Source: Roseateles sp. (GTDB lineage Bacteria > Pseudomonadota > Gammaproteobacteria > Burkholderiales > Burkholderiaceae_C). Taken from it: a DNA stretch of 64,000 bases. Within the stretch, counting starts at the first letter, position 1; every line of letters begins with the position of its first letter. The stretch spans positions 3,572 through 67,571 of the forward strand of contig JBQVNP010000011.1 in assembly GCA_052436255.1 (NCBI GenBank). The letters run 5' to 3'. Below, piece by piece: positions 45,761 to 54,521 of this stretch. The translations under genes were made by a program, and so were the position numbers. The notes beneath the pieces were generated by a model, which saw only the letters and a list, made by a program, of their open reading frames with translations, was not told the DNA's origin and ran no database searches.

Positions 45761-46656
45761 CGACACCATTGCGAATCGTCAACCCGCTGCCCGTCACGGA
45801 TAGCGTGCTGGTGGCAACCGACGTCCCCGAGGACTCCACTTCGGCGTGGAGCGGCGCCACGACCTACAACGTTGGCGACCGCGTGCACCTGGTCGGCACG
45901 CACAAGGTCTATGAGAGCGTCGCGGCAAGCAACCTCAACAACAACCCTGCCACCGAGCCAGAGTGGGTAGAGGTCGGCCCCACCAATCGCTGGGCGATGT
46001 TCGACCGAAGCAACAGCACGCAGACCGCGCAGAGCACGAGCTTCTACTACCGCCTGCAGCCGACGGCCGCCTACAACGTGGTCGCGCTGCTCGGGCTCAC
46101 CGGCGCGCTGACGCTGCGCGTGCGCGTGACGCACGGCTCGCTGGGCTTGCTCTACGACCAGACCATCGACCTGACCAGCCTGCCTGCCCAGTCAGGCTGG
46201 TGGGAATGGTTCTACGGCGAGCGCCGCGGCCCGACCCTGGCCCTGGTCGACGTGCCCGGAATCATCGGCGCCGAGCTGCGCGTCGACGTCACCGGCACGA
46301 CCCAGTTGGCGGCCGGCGTGCTGCTCTTCGGCCAGGCCAAAGACATCGGCATCTTGGTCCAGCAGGGCGCGCGGGTCGGCATCCAGGACTACAGCCGCAA
46401 AGAGACCAACGACTTCGGCGATGTCGTCCTCGTGCAGCGCGCTTTCGCCAAGCGCGCGAGCTACGACCTACCCATCCGCGCAGAGCTGGTGGACGAAGCG
46501 GTCAGCTTCCTCGCCAGCATCCGAGCAACCCCCTGCCTATTCATCGCGCCAAAGTACGAGAGCGCGGTTGTGTACGGCTTCTACAAGGAGTTCGACGTGA
46601 ACATCGCCTATCACTCCGTCAGCGAATGCTCGCTGCAGGTGGAGGGTCTGACGTGA
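45757..46656 (+). CDS. Tail tip protein with CBM5/12-like module
   Basis: AWSGATTYNVGDRV...KVYES...P...EWVEVG. Confidence 0.7.
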   Translation: MTTPLRIVNPLPVTDSVLVATDVPEDSTSAWSGATTYNVGDRVHLVGTHKVYESVAASNLNNNPATEPEWVEVGPTNRWAMFDRSNSTQTAQSTSFYYRLQPTAAYNVVALLGLTGALTLRVRVTHGSLGLLYDQTIDLTSLPAQSGWWEWFYGERRGPTLALVDVPGIIGAELRVDVTGTTQLAAGVLLFGQAKDIGILVQQGARVGIQDYSRKETNDFGDVVLVQRAFAKRASYDLPIRAELVDEAVSFLASIRATPCLFIAPKYESAVVYGFYKEFDVNIAYHSVSECSLQVEGLT

Positions 46657-47339
46657 CCACCATCTCTGATCTCCCGCCGGCCCCGCAGCCGACCGACGAC
46701 ACCGCGACCTTCAACACCAAGGCGTTCGCGATCCTGGCTGCATGGCAGACCATGATTGACGAACAGAACGCGCAGGCCGGAGAGAACAACACGGCGGCAG
46801 CGACCGCCACAACTGGCGCCGCCACCGCGACGACGAAGGCGGCCGAGGCCTCGGCCCACGAGCTCGCCTCGGCCGCCAACGCCACTGCGGCTGCATCCAG
46901 CGCCGGCGCCATAGCCTGGGTCAGCGGCACGACCTATGCCGTTGACGACGCCAGGAAGTCGCCCATCGACCACCGCGTCTATTCGCGCCTCACAAATGGC
47001 GCTGGAACGACCGACCCAAGCGCGGACCCGACGAACTGGGAGCCCATCGCGCCGAACGGCCTCCAACTGGTCATTGAAGCCGGTACCAGCGCGGCCATCG
47101 CAGCCAACACCGACACGGCGTTCACGAACGCTGCGGCATGCGCTGCGACGGTGCCGGCAATCTCGGTTGGCGCGAGCTTCGTCGCTCGCTTCGATAACGG
47201 GCGGCTCGACAACACCGTCGACCTCGGCGCGCGCTCGATGATCGGTCCGAATGGGCAGATCCGCGGCGGCGTCATCACTCTCAACACCGCACCTTTGATC
47301 AGCCTGCGCTGGTGGGGTGACTACTACCGGAGCAACTGA
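46653..47339 (+). CDS. Short tail fibre-like protein with CBM5/12-like module
   Basis: Ala/Thr-rich stalk then AWVSGTTYAVDD...DPSADPTNW; GTG start. Confidence 0.65.
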   Translation: MTTISDLPPAPQPTDDTATFNTKAFAILAAWQTMIDEQNAQAGENNTAAATATTGAATATTKAAEASAHELASAANATAAASSAGAIAWVSGTTYAVDDARKSPIDHRVYSRLTNGAGTTDPSADPTNWEPIAPNGLQLVIEAGTSAAIAANTDTAFTNAAACAATVPAISVGASFVARFDNGRLDNTVDLGARSMIGPNGQIRGGVITLNTAPLISLRWWGDYYRSN

Positions 47340-47791
47340 TGAGCGGCACCCTTTCTGAAATGGGCTTTGGCGGCGGCAGCCGCGTCACATCACTGCCTTG
47401 CGGCTTCAGCGCCGCATCCGGAATCTTGAGCCTCGGTCCGGCGATCACCACGCTCTCAGGCGCAACGCTGGCCGGCACATCCAACCTGAAAACCCTGCTC
47501 AACGTCACCGGCAGCCGGGTGCGGCTGAACGCTCTGAAGTTTCAGGCGGCTGATGCGACAGCACGCAACGTGCGCGTCGTCATCACCATCGATGGCGTTG
47601 TGGTTTTCGACAACACAGCCGCCTGCGCCGACACGAACCATCGGGCCGCGGTGGGGGTCGTGAAGTCGGACACCAACTCCTCGCTGCTGTTCCAGCCTGT
47701 GGACGCGCTCAACTCGGTCAAGATCGAGTTCGGGTGCAGCCTGGCCGAGACTGACAAGCTCTCTTTCTCGTACAACTACGAGGTGCGGTGA
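47339..47791 (+). CDS. Tail-associated hypothetical protein
   Basis: 150-aa beta-rich ORF, TGATG coupling. Confidence 0.6.
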   Translation: MSGTLSEMGFGGGSRVTSLPCGFSAASGILSLGPAITTLSGATLAGTSNLKTLLNVTGSRVRLNALKFQAADATARNVRVVITIDGVVVFDNTAACADTNHRAAVGVVKSDTNSSLLFQPVDALNSVKIEFGCSLAETDKLSFSYNYEVR

Positions 47792-48111
47792 TGAGTGAAG
47801 ACAGCTACGTCACACGCCAGTCTGGCGGCGCCACAGTGATCCAACTGAGCAGGCCCGCGCCGGTGGATTCGGTTGTCGTCGTGACGATGGAGCAGGCCCG
47901 CCGGGCCCTGCTGCAGGCGGGCCTGCTCGGGGCCGTCGAAGCTTCCATAGCCGCGCTGCCCGAGCCGGACCGCAGCCAAGCGCAGATCACCTGGGAATTC
48001 AAAACCCAAGTCTCCCGGACCGGCCCGCTGGTGCTGCTGATCGCCGGGCAGTTGGGCCTCACCGAAGCCCAGATCGACGCGCTCTTCGCTGCCGCAGCCA
48101 CGATCACCTGA
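47788..48111 (+). CDS. Probable tail fibre assembly chaperone
   Basis: VTMEQARRALLQAGLL...WEF...R...L...LGLTEAQIDALFAAA. Confidence 0.6.
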   Translation: MMSEDSYVTRQSGGATVIQLSRPAPVDSVVVVTMEQARRALLQAGLLGAVEASIAALPEPDRSQAQITWEFKTQVSRTGPLVLLIAGQLGLTEAQIDALFAAAATIT

Positions 48112-48127
48112 CGCCAAGAACCTTAGC

Positions 48128-48157
48128 CCACCAGCCCGCCGCGTGCGGGCTTTTTTA
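48128..48157 (+). terminator. Intrinsic terminator
   Basis: AGCCCGC-CGCGT-GCGGGCT-TTTTT. Confidence 0.8.
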
Positions 48158-48171
48158 CGTCTGGACATCCC

Positions 48172-48531
48172 ATGCGCAAGATCCTGCTCGCCGCGGCCCT
48201 GGTGGTCGCCTGCTCCTTTGCCAGCGCCATCGAGCGCAAGTGCCGCACCGATGACCTCTGGCGCGGCCCCGACAAGACCAAGCACATGCTCGGCGGCGCC
48301 GCCATTGCGTCAGCTGTCACGCTGGCCACCAAAGAGCCTCACTGGGGCTTCGCTGCTGGCCTCGCCGTCGGCGCTGCCAAAGAGATCTGGGACCGGCGCG
48401 GCAGCGGGACCTGCAGCTTCCAGGATTTCGCTGTCACCGCCGGCGGCGCTGCAGCCGGCGCTTACGGAACGGCCTGGCTGATCCTGCCGCAGCGGCGGGG
48501 CGTCGCGGTCGCCTATGTGAAGGCGTTCTGA
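48172..48531 (+). CDS. YfiM/DUF2279-like exported membrane protein
   Basis: Signal peptide; DKTKHM...GAAKEIWD...SFQDFAVT. Confidence 0.7.
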   Translation: MRKILLAAALVVACSFASAIERKCRTDDLWRGPDKTKHMLGGAAIASAVTLATKEPHWGFAAGLAVGAAKEIWDRRGSGTCSFQDFAVTAGGAAAGAYGTAWLILPQRRGVAVAYVKAF

Positions 48532-48857
48532 TGCAGTACCGCGAAACCGACCGCATGGGGCTCGACCCCGTCCCCAGCCGATGGAGCATTGACAGAAAGG
48601 TTCCCGTGTGGGGATTGCTGATGATGGCGAGCGCCATCGCAGGGCAGGCCATCCTGCTGTGGAACGGCCAGCAGTTGCAGGCCCAGCGCCTGGACGACTA
48701 CGGGACCAAGATCGTCGCTCTCACGGTCGAGGTCAAGGAGCTGAACGCCCAGCTCAGCGCCAAGGCCAGCAAGGACAACGAGCAGGACCTGCGCCTCAAT
48801 GAGTACAGCCGTCGGCTGCTGCTGCTTGAGGGCGACCGGTACGGGGGGCGGCGATGA
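48531..48857 (+). CDS. Lysis-region membrane protein (one TM plus coiled coil)
   Basis: VPVWGLLMMASAIAGQAILLW then heptad repeats. Confidence 0.65.
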   Translation: MQYRETDRMGLDPVPSRWSIDRKVPVWGLLMMASAIAGQAILLWNGQQLQAQRLDDYGTKIVALTVEVKELNAQLSAKASKDNEQDLRLNEYSRRLLLLEGDRYGGRR

Positions 48858-49075
48858 AGCTGATCGACGACGCCGGCAAGGTCTGGCACAAGTTGTGGTC
48901 GGTGCGGCTGGCGCTGCTGGGCGCGCTGTTCTCGGCGGCCGAGTTCGCTGTGTCTCTGGCGCCTGATGCTGTGGCCGATGTGGTCGGGCAGGGGCGCTTT
49001 GCCGCCGTCGCCTTCGTCGTCGGCATCGGCGCTGCCATCGCGCGCCTGGTGCAGCAGCTGAGGCTCAAGGAATGA
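48854..49075 (+). CDS. Holin
   Basis: MKLIDDAGKVWHKLWSVRLALL; two TM helices; precedes endolysin. Confidence 0.75.
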   Translation: MKLIDDAGKVWHKLWSVRLALLGALFSAAEFAVSLAPDAVADVVGQGRFAAVAFVVGIGAAIARLVQQLRLKE

Positions 49076-49650
49076 GCGCCCGCAAGCCCATCGGCAAGCG
49101 CACCAAGGCTGGTGTTCTGGTCGGCGCCGTGGCTGGCGGGCTCATGCTGGCCAGCCCTCAACTGCTCGACTTCCTGGGCGACTGGGAAGGGCGCGGCCGC
49201 ACGGTCTACGCCGACAAGCTGGCGGGCGGCCTGCCCACGGCGTGCGGCGGGTTGACGAACCACACCAGCTCCAAGCCGGTGATCGTCGGCGAGGTTTGGA
49301 CCGAGGAGGAGTGCGCGGCCGGCATGAGCGAGGTTGTGACGGCCGGACAGCTCAAGCTGGCCGACTGCTTCACGCGCCAGCCGCCGCAGCACGTCTTCAA
49401 TGCCTTCAGCAGCCATGAGCACAACTTCGGCGTGGCCGCGACTTGCGGGAGCCAGGCCATGGCCGCCTTCAATGCAGGCGACACCGCAGCGGCCTGCCGG
49501 TTGATCGCCTACACCCCGGACGGAAAGCCGAACTGGTCTTCCGTCAAGACGGGCCGCACGCTGCCGAACGGCAAGCCCGAGCTGCGCTTCGTGCAGGGCT
49601 TACAGAACCGGCGCCTGGCCGAGATGGCGATGTGTGAGGGGCGGAAGTGA
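49072..49650 (+). CDS. GH24 lysozyme, probable SAR endolysin
   Basis: Gly/Ala-rich N-terminal anchor; WEG...YAD...PTACGG catalytic E-D-T; GLQNRRLAE. Confidence 0.88.
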   Translation: MSARKPIGKRTKAGVLVGAVAGGLMLASPQLLDFLGDWEGRGRTVYADKLAGGLPTACGGLTNHTSSKPVIVGEVWTEEECAAGMSEVVTAGQLKLADCFTRQPPQHVFNAFSSHEHNFGVAATCGSQAMAAFNAGDTAAACRLIAYTPDGKPNWSSVKTGRTLPNGKPELRFVQGLQNRRLAEMAMCEGRK

Positions 49651-50192
49651 TCACCGCGCTCGCCATCCTCCGCCGCGTGCCGGTGCTGGGCTGGGTCGTG
49701 CTGGCCCTGGGGCTGCTGCTGGGCGCGCAGACCCTGCGCCTCAGCGCCTCGCAGGCCGACGTGGCGCGGGCGAAGGCCGAGACATCCAAGGTGCGCGCCG
49801 AGTTCGGGGCCTACCGCGAAACCCAAGAGCGCAACGCCCGCCAAGCGCTCGAATCCTTCGCGCGCGACGCCGCGCTCACCGCCAAGAAACGCCAAGAGGC
49901 CGCTGATGCCGAACACCTCGCCCGCCAAGCCGCTGAGGCTGATGCTGCTCGCCTGCGCCGCACTGCTGGCCAGCTGCAGCGCTACTCCGCCGATCTCGCC
50001 ACCTCCCTCGGTGATCGTGCGCGAGATACCGCCACTGCCAGCAGCTGCGAGACAGCAGACGCGCGCATCGTCCGGCTCTCCCTCGTGGTCGGCGCGCTTG
50101 ACGACTTTGCGGCAGAGGCAGCAGGAGCTGCTGACAGCGCCATTCGCGCCGGCCAGCTCTGCGTCGCAAGCTACGACGCGCTGACGCCGTAG
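49647..50192 (+). CDS. Rz-like i-spanin
   Basis: N-terminal TM plus coiled coil after endolysin. Confidence 0.8.
   Translation: MITALAILRRVPVLGWVVLALGLLLGAQTLRLSASQADVARAKAETSKVRAEFGAYRETQERNARQALESFARDAALTAKKRQEAADAEHLARQAAEADAARLRRTAGQLQRYSADLATSLGDRARDTATASSCETADARIVRLSLVVGALDDFAAEAAGAADSAIRAGQLCVASYDALTP
49942..50184 (+). CDS. Rz1-like o-spanin (embedded lipoprotein)
   Basis: MLLACAALLASC lipobox, Pro-rich, nested out of frame in Rz. Confidence 0.75.
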   Translation: MLLACAALLASCSATPPISPPPSVIVREIPPLPAAARQQTRASSGSPSWSARLTTLRQRQQELLTAPFAPASSASQATTR

Positions 50193-50205
50193 CGATGAGA
50201 CGGCC

Positions 50206-50505
50206 ATGCCCTGGCACCTTCAGCCCACCCGCCTGACAGCCCGCCTGTTCTCGGCGAGCCGCAGCTTCGAGCAGCGCGACCCGCCCGACGTCATTGCCCA
50301 GGTAGACCTGACTGCCGACGGCGCGGCCTACATCCACGCCACCATGAGCCGAGCAGATGGCGCCACGCCCCCGGGCGTCTGGCGCGAGCTGATCCGCAAG
50401 CTCCGTGACTTCGGTGTCACGTCCGTGAGCTGGGACCACAAGGGCAAGACCGGCGGCGGCGACACGGGCAGGGCCTGGCAGGACACGGTGGCGGTGGAGC
50501 GCTAG
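50206..50505 (+). CDS. Hypothetical protein
   Basis: 99-aa ORF after lysis cassette. Confidence 0.55.
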   Translation: MPWHLQPTRLTARLFSASRSFEQRDPPDVIAQVDLTADGAAYIHATMSRADGATPPGVWRELIRKLRDFGVTSVSWDHKGKTGGGDTGRAWQDTVAVER

Positions 50506-50520
50506 GGCAGCTTGCCACGC

Positions 50521-50748
50521 TCAGGGCCCCTTGGTCCCGTCGTGCCCGCGCAGATGCTGATTCGTCGGCGCCAGCGCGTAGTTCTCGTCAACGTTCTCCG
50601 GGCAGCTTCGGACCTCGCACGACCCTTCGATGCGGGTAGCGGTCGGATCGTGCTTCAGCGCCTCGCCCTCAGCGAATCTGCACGCGCTCTTGCGGCGACG
50701 GCCCCACTGATCGGTCATCATCCAAAACCAGAACTCAACGTCTTTCAT
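50521..50748 (-). CDS. Small LexA-boxed (SOS-inducible) hypothetical protein
   Basis: MKDVEFWFWMMTDQWGRRRKS...; LexA box 2 bp upstream. Confidence 0.7.
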   Translation of the reverse strand: MKDVEFWFWMMTDQWGRRRKSACRFAEGEALKHDPTATRIEGSCEVRSCPENVDENYALAPTNQHLRGHDGTKGP

Positions 50749-50749
50749 G

Positions 50750-50765
50750 CTGTATTTTTATACAG
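50750..50765. promoter_or_regulatory. LexA (SOS) box
   Basis: CTGTATTTTTATACAG = CTGT-N8-ACAG. Confidence 0.85.
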
Positions 50766-50840
50766 TCAAGCGAGTTAGCGAGTCGTGCAAAATACTATCG
50801 TTGCTGGGTCATCTCATTGCGGTTTGGTTGGTCGGTTCTC

Positions 50841-50853
50841 TAAGTTATTGATG
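50841..50853. promoter_or_regulatory. Putative IHF site in the att arm
   Basis: Reverse complement CATCAATAACTTA, one mismatch to WATCAANNNNTTR. Confidence 0.5.
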
Positions 50854-50865
50854 GGTATGGAGAAT

Positions 50866-50917
50866 CACCTCCCTTACACGGAGATTGTCGGCGGTTCGAG
50901 CCCGTCAGCGCCCACCA
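50866..50917 (+). pseudogene. attR: 3' fragment of tRNA-Val(TAC)
   Basis: CTCC-CTTACAC-GGAG anticodon arm, GGCGG-TTCGAGC-CCGTC T arm, AGCGCCC-A-CCA end; no 5' acceptor strand or D arm. Confidence 0.88.
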
Positions 50918-51034
50918 CCCGCCCCGGGACGGCATTGCCGTCTCGCACTTAGAATGCGGCTCTCCTCGAAGGCGAACCCCGGTTCGCCTTCGTCGCGTTT
51001 GATTCCTAGCGCTTGATCGTCAAGGCTTTCCGAG

Positions 51035-52948
51035 ATGTTTGAATTCGTCCGCCAACACAACCGCCTGTTCCAGTTCATCCTGCTGATCCTGATCCTGCCG
51101 TCCTTCGCCTTCGTCGGCATGCAGGGCTATACCAGCATGATGGACGGCGCCAACGCCAGCGTGGCCACCGTCGATGGCCGCAAGATCACGCAAGCCGAAT
51201 GGGACTTTGCCCAGCGCGAGCAGGCTGATCGCATCCGCCGCCAGAGCCCCGGCGTCGACGCCAAGCTGCTGGACACGCCCGAAGTCAAGCGCCAGGCCCT
51301 CGAAGGCCTCGTCAACGAGCGCACGCTCAAGGCGGCCGCGGAAGACCAGCACTTCACGCCCAGCGCCGAGGCCGTCAACGCCAGGTTCTGGAACGATCCT
51401 CAGTTCGCCTTCCTGCGCAACCCAGACGGCACGGTCAACAAGGCCATGCTGGCCGCGCAGGGCATGACCCCCTCGATCTTTCTCGAGCGCCTGCGCCAGG
51501 ACTACGCGATCCGCCAGGTCACGGCGCCCATCGAAACTTCGGCCACTGTCGGCACTGCTGCGCCGAAGCTGGCCTTTGATGCGCTGCTCCAGCAGCGTGA
51601 GGTGCAATTGCAGCGTTTCGACGTCGCGGGCTTTGCTGCCAAGCTCAACCCGAGCGACGCCGAGATCGAAGCCTTCTACAAGGAGCCGGCCAACGCTGCC
51701 AAGTTGCAACTGCCCGAAACGGCTCAGATCCAGTACGTCGTGCTGGATTTGGAGGCCCTGAAGCAGGACGTCAAGTTCACCGAAGACGACCTGCTGACCT
51801 ACTACAAGGAAAACGCGGCTCGCTACGGCGTGCCCGAAGAGCGCCGCGCCAGCCACATCCTGATCAAGGCGGAGCGCGGCGCGTCGGCCGACGAGCGTGC
51901 CAAAGCCAAGACCAGGGCCGAAGACATCCTGGCGCAGGTGCGCAAGAACCCGGCCGAGTTCGCTGCCTTGGCAAAGAAGAACTCCCAGGACGAAGGCTCT
52001 GCGGCCAATGGCGGCGACCTCGACTTCTTCAGCCGCGGCGCCATGGTCAAGGAGTTCGATGCCGCCGTTTACGCCATGAAGCAGGGCGAAATCAGCAACC
52101 TCGTCGAGACTGATTTCGGCTACCACATCATCCAGCTGACCGGCACCCGCGGTGGCGAGAAAAAGCCCTTCGAAGCCGTGCGCGCCGAAATCGAGGGCGA
52201 AGTGCGCAAGCAGCTCGCTCAGCGTCGTTATGCGGAAGCCGCCGAGCAGTTCGGCAATCTCGTCTACGAGCAGGCCGACAGCCTGCAACCCGCTGTCGAT
52301 AAGCTCAAGCTGCAGATCCAGACCGCCACCGTCCAACGCCAGCCTCAAGCCGGCGCGACGGGCGTGCTGGCTTCACCCAAGCTGCTTGACGCAGTCTTCG
52401 GCGCGGAGGCGCTGCGCAACAAACGCAATACCGAAGCCGTCGAAACCGGTGCCAGCCAGATGGTGTCGGCCCGGGTTGTCCAGCACAGCCCGGCCCGCGT
52501 GCCGCCGCTCGCCGACGTGAAGGACAAGGTGCGGCAGCAACTCGTCCAGAAGCTGGCGTCGGAGCAGGCCAAGAAGGCCGGCGAGGCGCGATTGGCCGCG
52601 CTGAAGGCCAACCCCGCCGACACCACCGGACTGGATGCGGCCGTCACGGTGTCGCGTGCCAAGCCGCAAGCCTTGAGCCGTGAGCAGCTCGAGGCGGTGC
52701 TGGGTGCCGATGCCTCCAAGCTGCCCGCCGTGGTGGGCTTTGCGGCGGATGAGGGAGGCTATGTTGTCGCGCGCATCAACCAACTGCAGCCGCGCGATGC
52801 CGCTGTCATCGACGACACGCGAGCCGCGCAGCAATACGCGGCCGCCTGGGCCAGGGCCGAAGGACAAGCCTTCATGGCAGCACTGAAGTCTCGATACAAG
52901 GCCGTCATCAATGTCGCCGCGCCGGCGTCCGCAGCCAGCGCGCCCTGA
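51035..52948 (+). CDS. ppiD: Periplasmic chaperone/peptidyl-prolyl isomerase PpiD
   Basis: N-terminal TM, SurA-like N domain, parvulin motifs RRASHILI and SQDEGSAANGGDLDFF...TDFGYHIIQL. Confidence 0.92.
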   Translation: MFEFVRQHNRLFQFILLILILPSFAFVGMQGYTSMMDGANASVATVDGRKITQAEWDFAQREQADRIRRQSPGVDAKLLDTPEVKRQALEGLVNERTLKAAAEDQHFTPSAEAVNARFWNDPQFAFLRNPDGTVNKAMLAAQGMTPSIFLERLRQDYAIRQVTAPIETSATVGTAAPKLAFDALLQQREVQLQRFDVAGFAAKLNPSDAEIEAFYKEPANAAKLQLPETAQIQYVVLDLEALKQDVKFTEDDLLTYYKENAARYGVPEERRASHILIKAERGASADERAKAKTRAEDILAQVRKNPAEFAALAKKNSQDEGSAANGGDLDFFSRGAMVKEFDAAVYAMKQGEISNLVETDFGYHIIQLTGTRGGEKKPFEAVRAEIEGEVRKQLAQRRYAEAAEQFGNLVYEQADSLQPAVDKLKLQIQTATVQRQPQAGATGVLASPKLLDAVFGAEALRNKRNTEAVETGASQMVSARVVQHSPARVPPLADVKDKVRQQLVQKLASEQAKKAGEARLAALKANPADTTGLDAAVTVSRAKPQALSREQLEAVLGADASKLPAVVGFAADEGGYVVARINQLQPRDAAVIDDTRAAQQYAAAWARAEGQAFMAALKSRYKAVINVAAPASAASAP

Positions 52949-52974
52949 CTTTCCGCTATACTCTTTGGCTCTGC

Positions 52975-53051
52975 GGTGGCTGTAGCTCAGTTGGTAGAGT
53001 CCAGGATTGTGATTCCTGTTGTCGCGGGTTCGAGTCCCGTCAGCCACCCCA
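52975..53051 (+). tRNA. tRNA-His(GTG) with encoded G-1
   Basis: G-GTGGCTG...CCAGG-ATTGTGATT-CCTG...CAGCCAC-C-CCA. Confidence 0.97.
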
Positions 53052-53063
53052 AGATCTCCAAGT

Positions 53064-53098
53064 AAAAAAGGCACCACCGGGTGCCTTTTTGCTTTTTC
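53064..53098. terminator. Bidirectional terminator
   Basis: AAAAAAGGCACC-ACC-GGGTGCCTTTTT. Confidence 0.85.
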
Positions 53099-53144
53099 GG
53101 GGCCGGCAGGGATCGACCCAGCGCGGCCCGGTCCACTTTGCAGG

Positions 53145-53708
53145 TCAGTGCGGCTCGGCCAGGTCGCCGAGCAACTGCGTCTTGCGTGCGGCGAGTTCTT
53201 CGCCCATCACATCGAGGTCGAGATCGGACTTGCGGATCTTGGGGAACATCTCGCCTTCTTCTTCCTTGACGTGGTGGTCGATGTATTCGCCCAGCACCTT
53301 CACCTTGGCGTCGAAGTGGGGATCGTCGGGCGTGGCGGCTTCGATCTGCGCGATCAGGTCCTTGGCGCTGGCATGCTCGACGTCGGCTTCGTCGACAAGG
53401 TCTTCGTCCTCGCCGAGCACTTCGCGGGCGGCCGGATAGAAGAGCTCTTCCTCTACGGTGGCGTGCGCCGTCAGCATGGCGCAGATCTGCAGGGCAAGGG
53501 CCTGCTTCTCCTCGACGTCGCCGTCGGCTTTGGCCAGCTTGTCGTACTCCTTGAAGAGTGCCTTCACGTCCTTGTGGTCCTGCGTCAGCATGTCGACGGC
53601 GTCAGGCGCCGACTTGCTCTTGGCGCTGCCCGAAGTCTTCTTCGCTGCTGATTTGGTGGCGGCGCCCTTGGACGCCTTGGCTGAGGTCTTCGTTGCGGTG
53701 GTTGGCAT
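53145..53708 (-). CDS. Hemerythrin (HHE) domain protein
   Basis: QDHKDVK...AHATVEEELFYP...EHASAK...HHVKEEEGEMFP. Confidence 0.88.
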   Translation of the reverse strand: MPTTATKTSAKASKGAATKSAAKKTSGSAKSKSAPDAVDMLTQDHKDVKALFKEYDKLAKADGDVEEKQALALQICAMLTAHATVEEELFYPAAREVLGEDEDLVDEADVEHASAKDLIAQIEAATPDDPHFDAKVKVLGEYIDHHVKEEEGEMFPKIRKSDLDLDVMGEELAARKTQLLGDLAEPH

Positions 53709-53861
53709 GTGATGTCCTACTGGCTGGTGGCAAAGAAGCGCTTCGCGACGGGATGTCGCTGGCGCGCGAGCCACCGGCATGGGCAAGCCACGTGCCGCGT
53801 GCAGCTGGCGCGCTGCCGCGCTGTTTCGCGGCAGCGCCGCGTGGCGTTTTGACGGCAGGGT

Positions 53862-54443
53862 TTACACGCCGGGGCGTTTGAGCCGCTGCGAGGGCCTGAT
53901 GTCGGCTTTGAGCACGCGCGCCATTTGCGTCAGCGCCATGTCGCGCGCCTCATGCGCCTCTGCGGCGACGCAGTCGGGTGGCACCCAGACCGAATAGCCT
54001 CTGAGGTAGGCATCCATCGCGCTGAACAGCACGCAGCTGTCGGCCGCGATGCCGGTCACGATCAAGCGCTTGCAGCGCAGCTGTCCAAGCAGGATGTTCA
54101 ACGGCGTGCCGTAGAAGGCCGAGTGCCTGGCCTTGAGCAGCGTGAAGTCCTCGCGCGTCGGCGCCAGCAGCTTGGCCATCTGGCCCGGCACGCCACGCAG
54201 GGCGGCGCAATGCTTCCAAAGCTCCTTGAAATCCGACGTCCACCGCTCGTAGTTGTCGTTGGCATAGACGGTGCGCACGCCCTGCCGGGCGAGCCGGCGG
54301 CGCAATGCGGCGGTCTGCCGGGCCGCCTCCAACGCCGAGGCCGCAATCTCTTGCGCGCCGTCGAAGTCCAACGGATTGATGAAGTCCACCAGCAGCAGGA
54401 CGGTCTTGCTGGGTTCGAGTTTCTCGGTGCTGATCTTGCTCAT
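53862..54443 (-). CDS. Isochorismatase-family cysteine hydrolase
   Basis: LLLVDFIN...KARHSAFYGT...GIAADSCV. Confidence 0.9.
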   Translation of the reverse strand: MSKISTEKLEPSKTVLLLVDFINPLDFDGAQEIAASALEAARQTAALRRRLARQGVRTVYANDNYERWTSDFKELWKHCAALRGVPGQMAKLLAPTREDFTLLKARHSAFYGTPLNILLGQLRCKRLIVTGIAADSCVLFSAMDAYLRGYSVWVPPDCVAAEAHEARDMALTQMARVLKADIRPSQRLKRPGV

Positions 54444-54521
54444 GGCGATTGCGGTTGCGATGGCAAACCGCATGCCACAACGGCATGCCGTGCGCTCGAG
54501 TGCAGGCCTAACATTCGACCG

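Larger units (their letters stand above)
1..50917. mobile_element. Lambdoid/HK97-like siphovirus prophage (left end outside window), ending at attR in tRNA-Val
   Basis: Continuous recombination, immunity, replication, nin, packaging, head, tail and lysis modules; ends in a tRNA-Val 3' fragment followed by host ppiD. Confidence 0.97.

Noticed and set aside
50842-50917. Complete tRNA-Val gene
   Set aside because: The 5' acceptor strand (expected GGGCGCT) and the D arm are absent, so it is an att remnant
53925-54521. N-terminal extension of the 947-aa ORF
   Set aside because: Overlaps the isochorismatase gene on the other strand; the desulfurase begins at [11 protein letters not shown] (54522)
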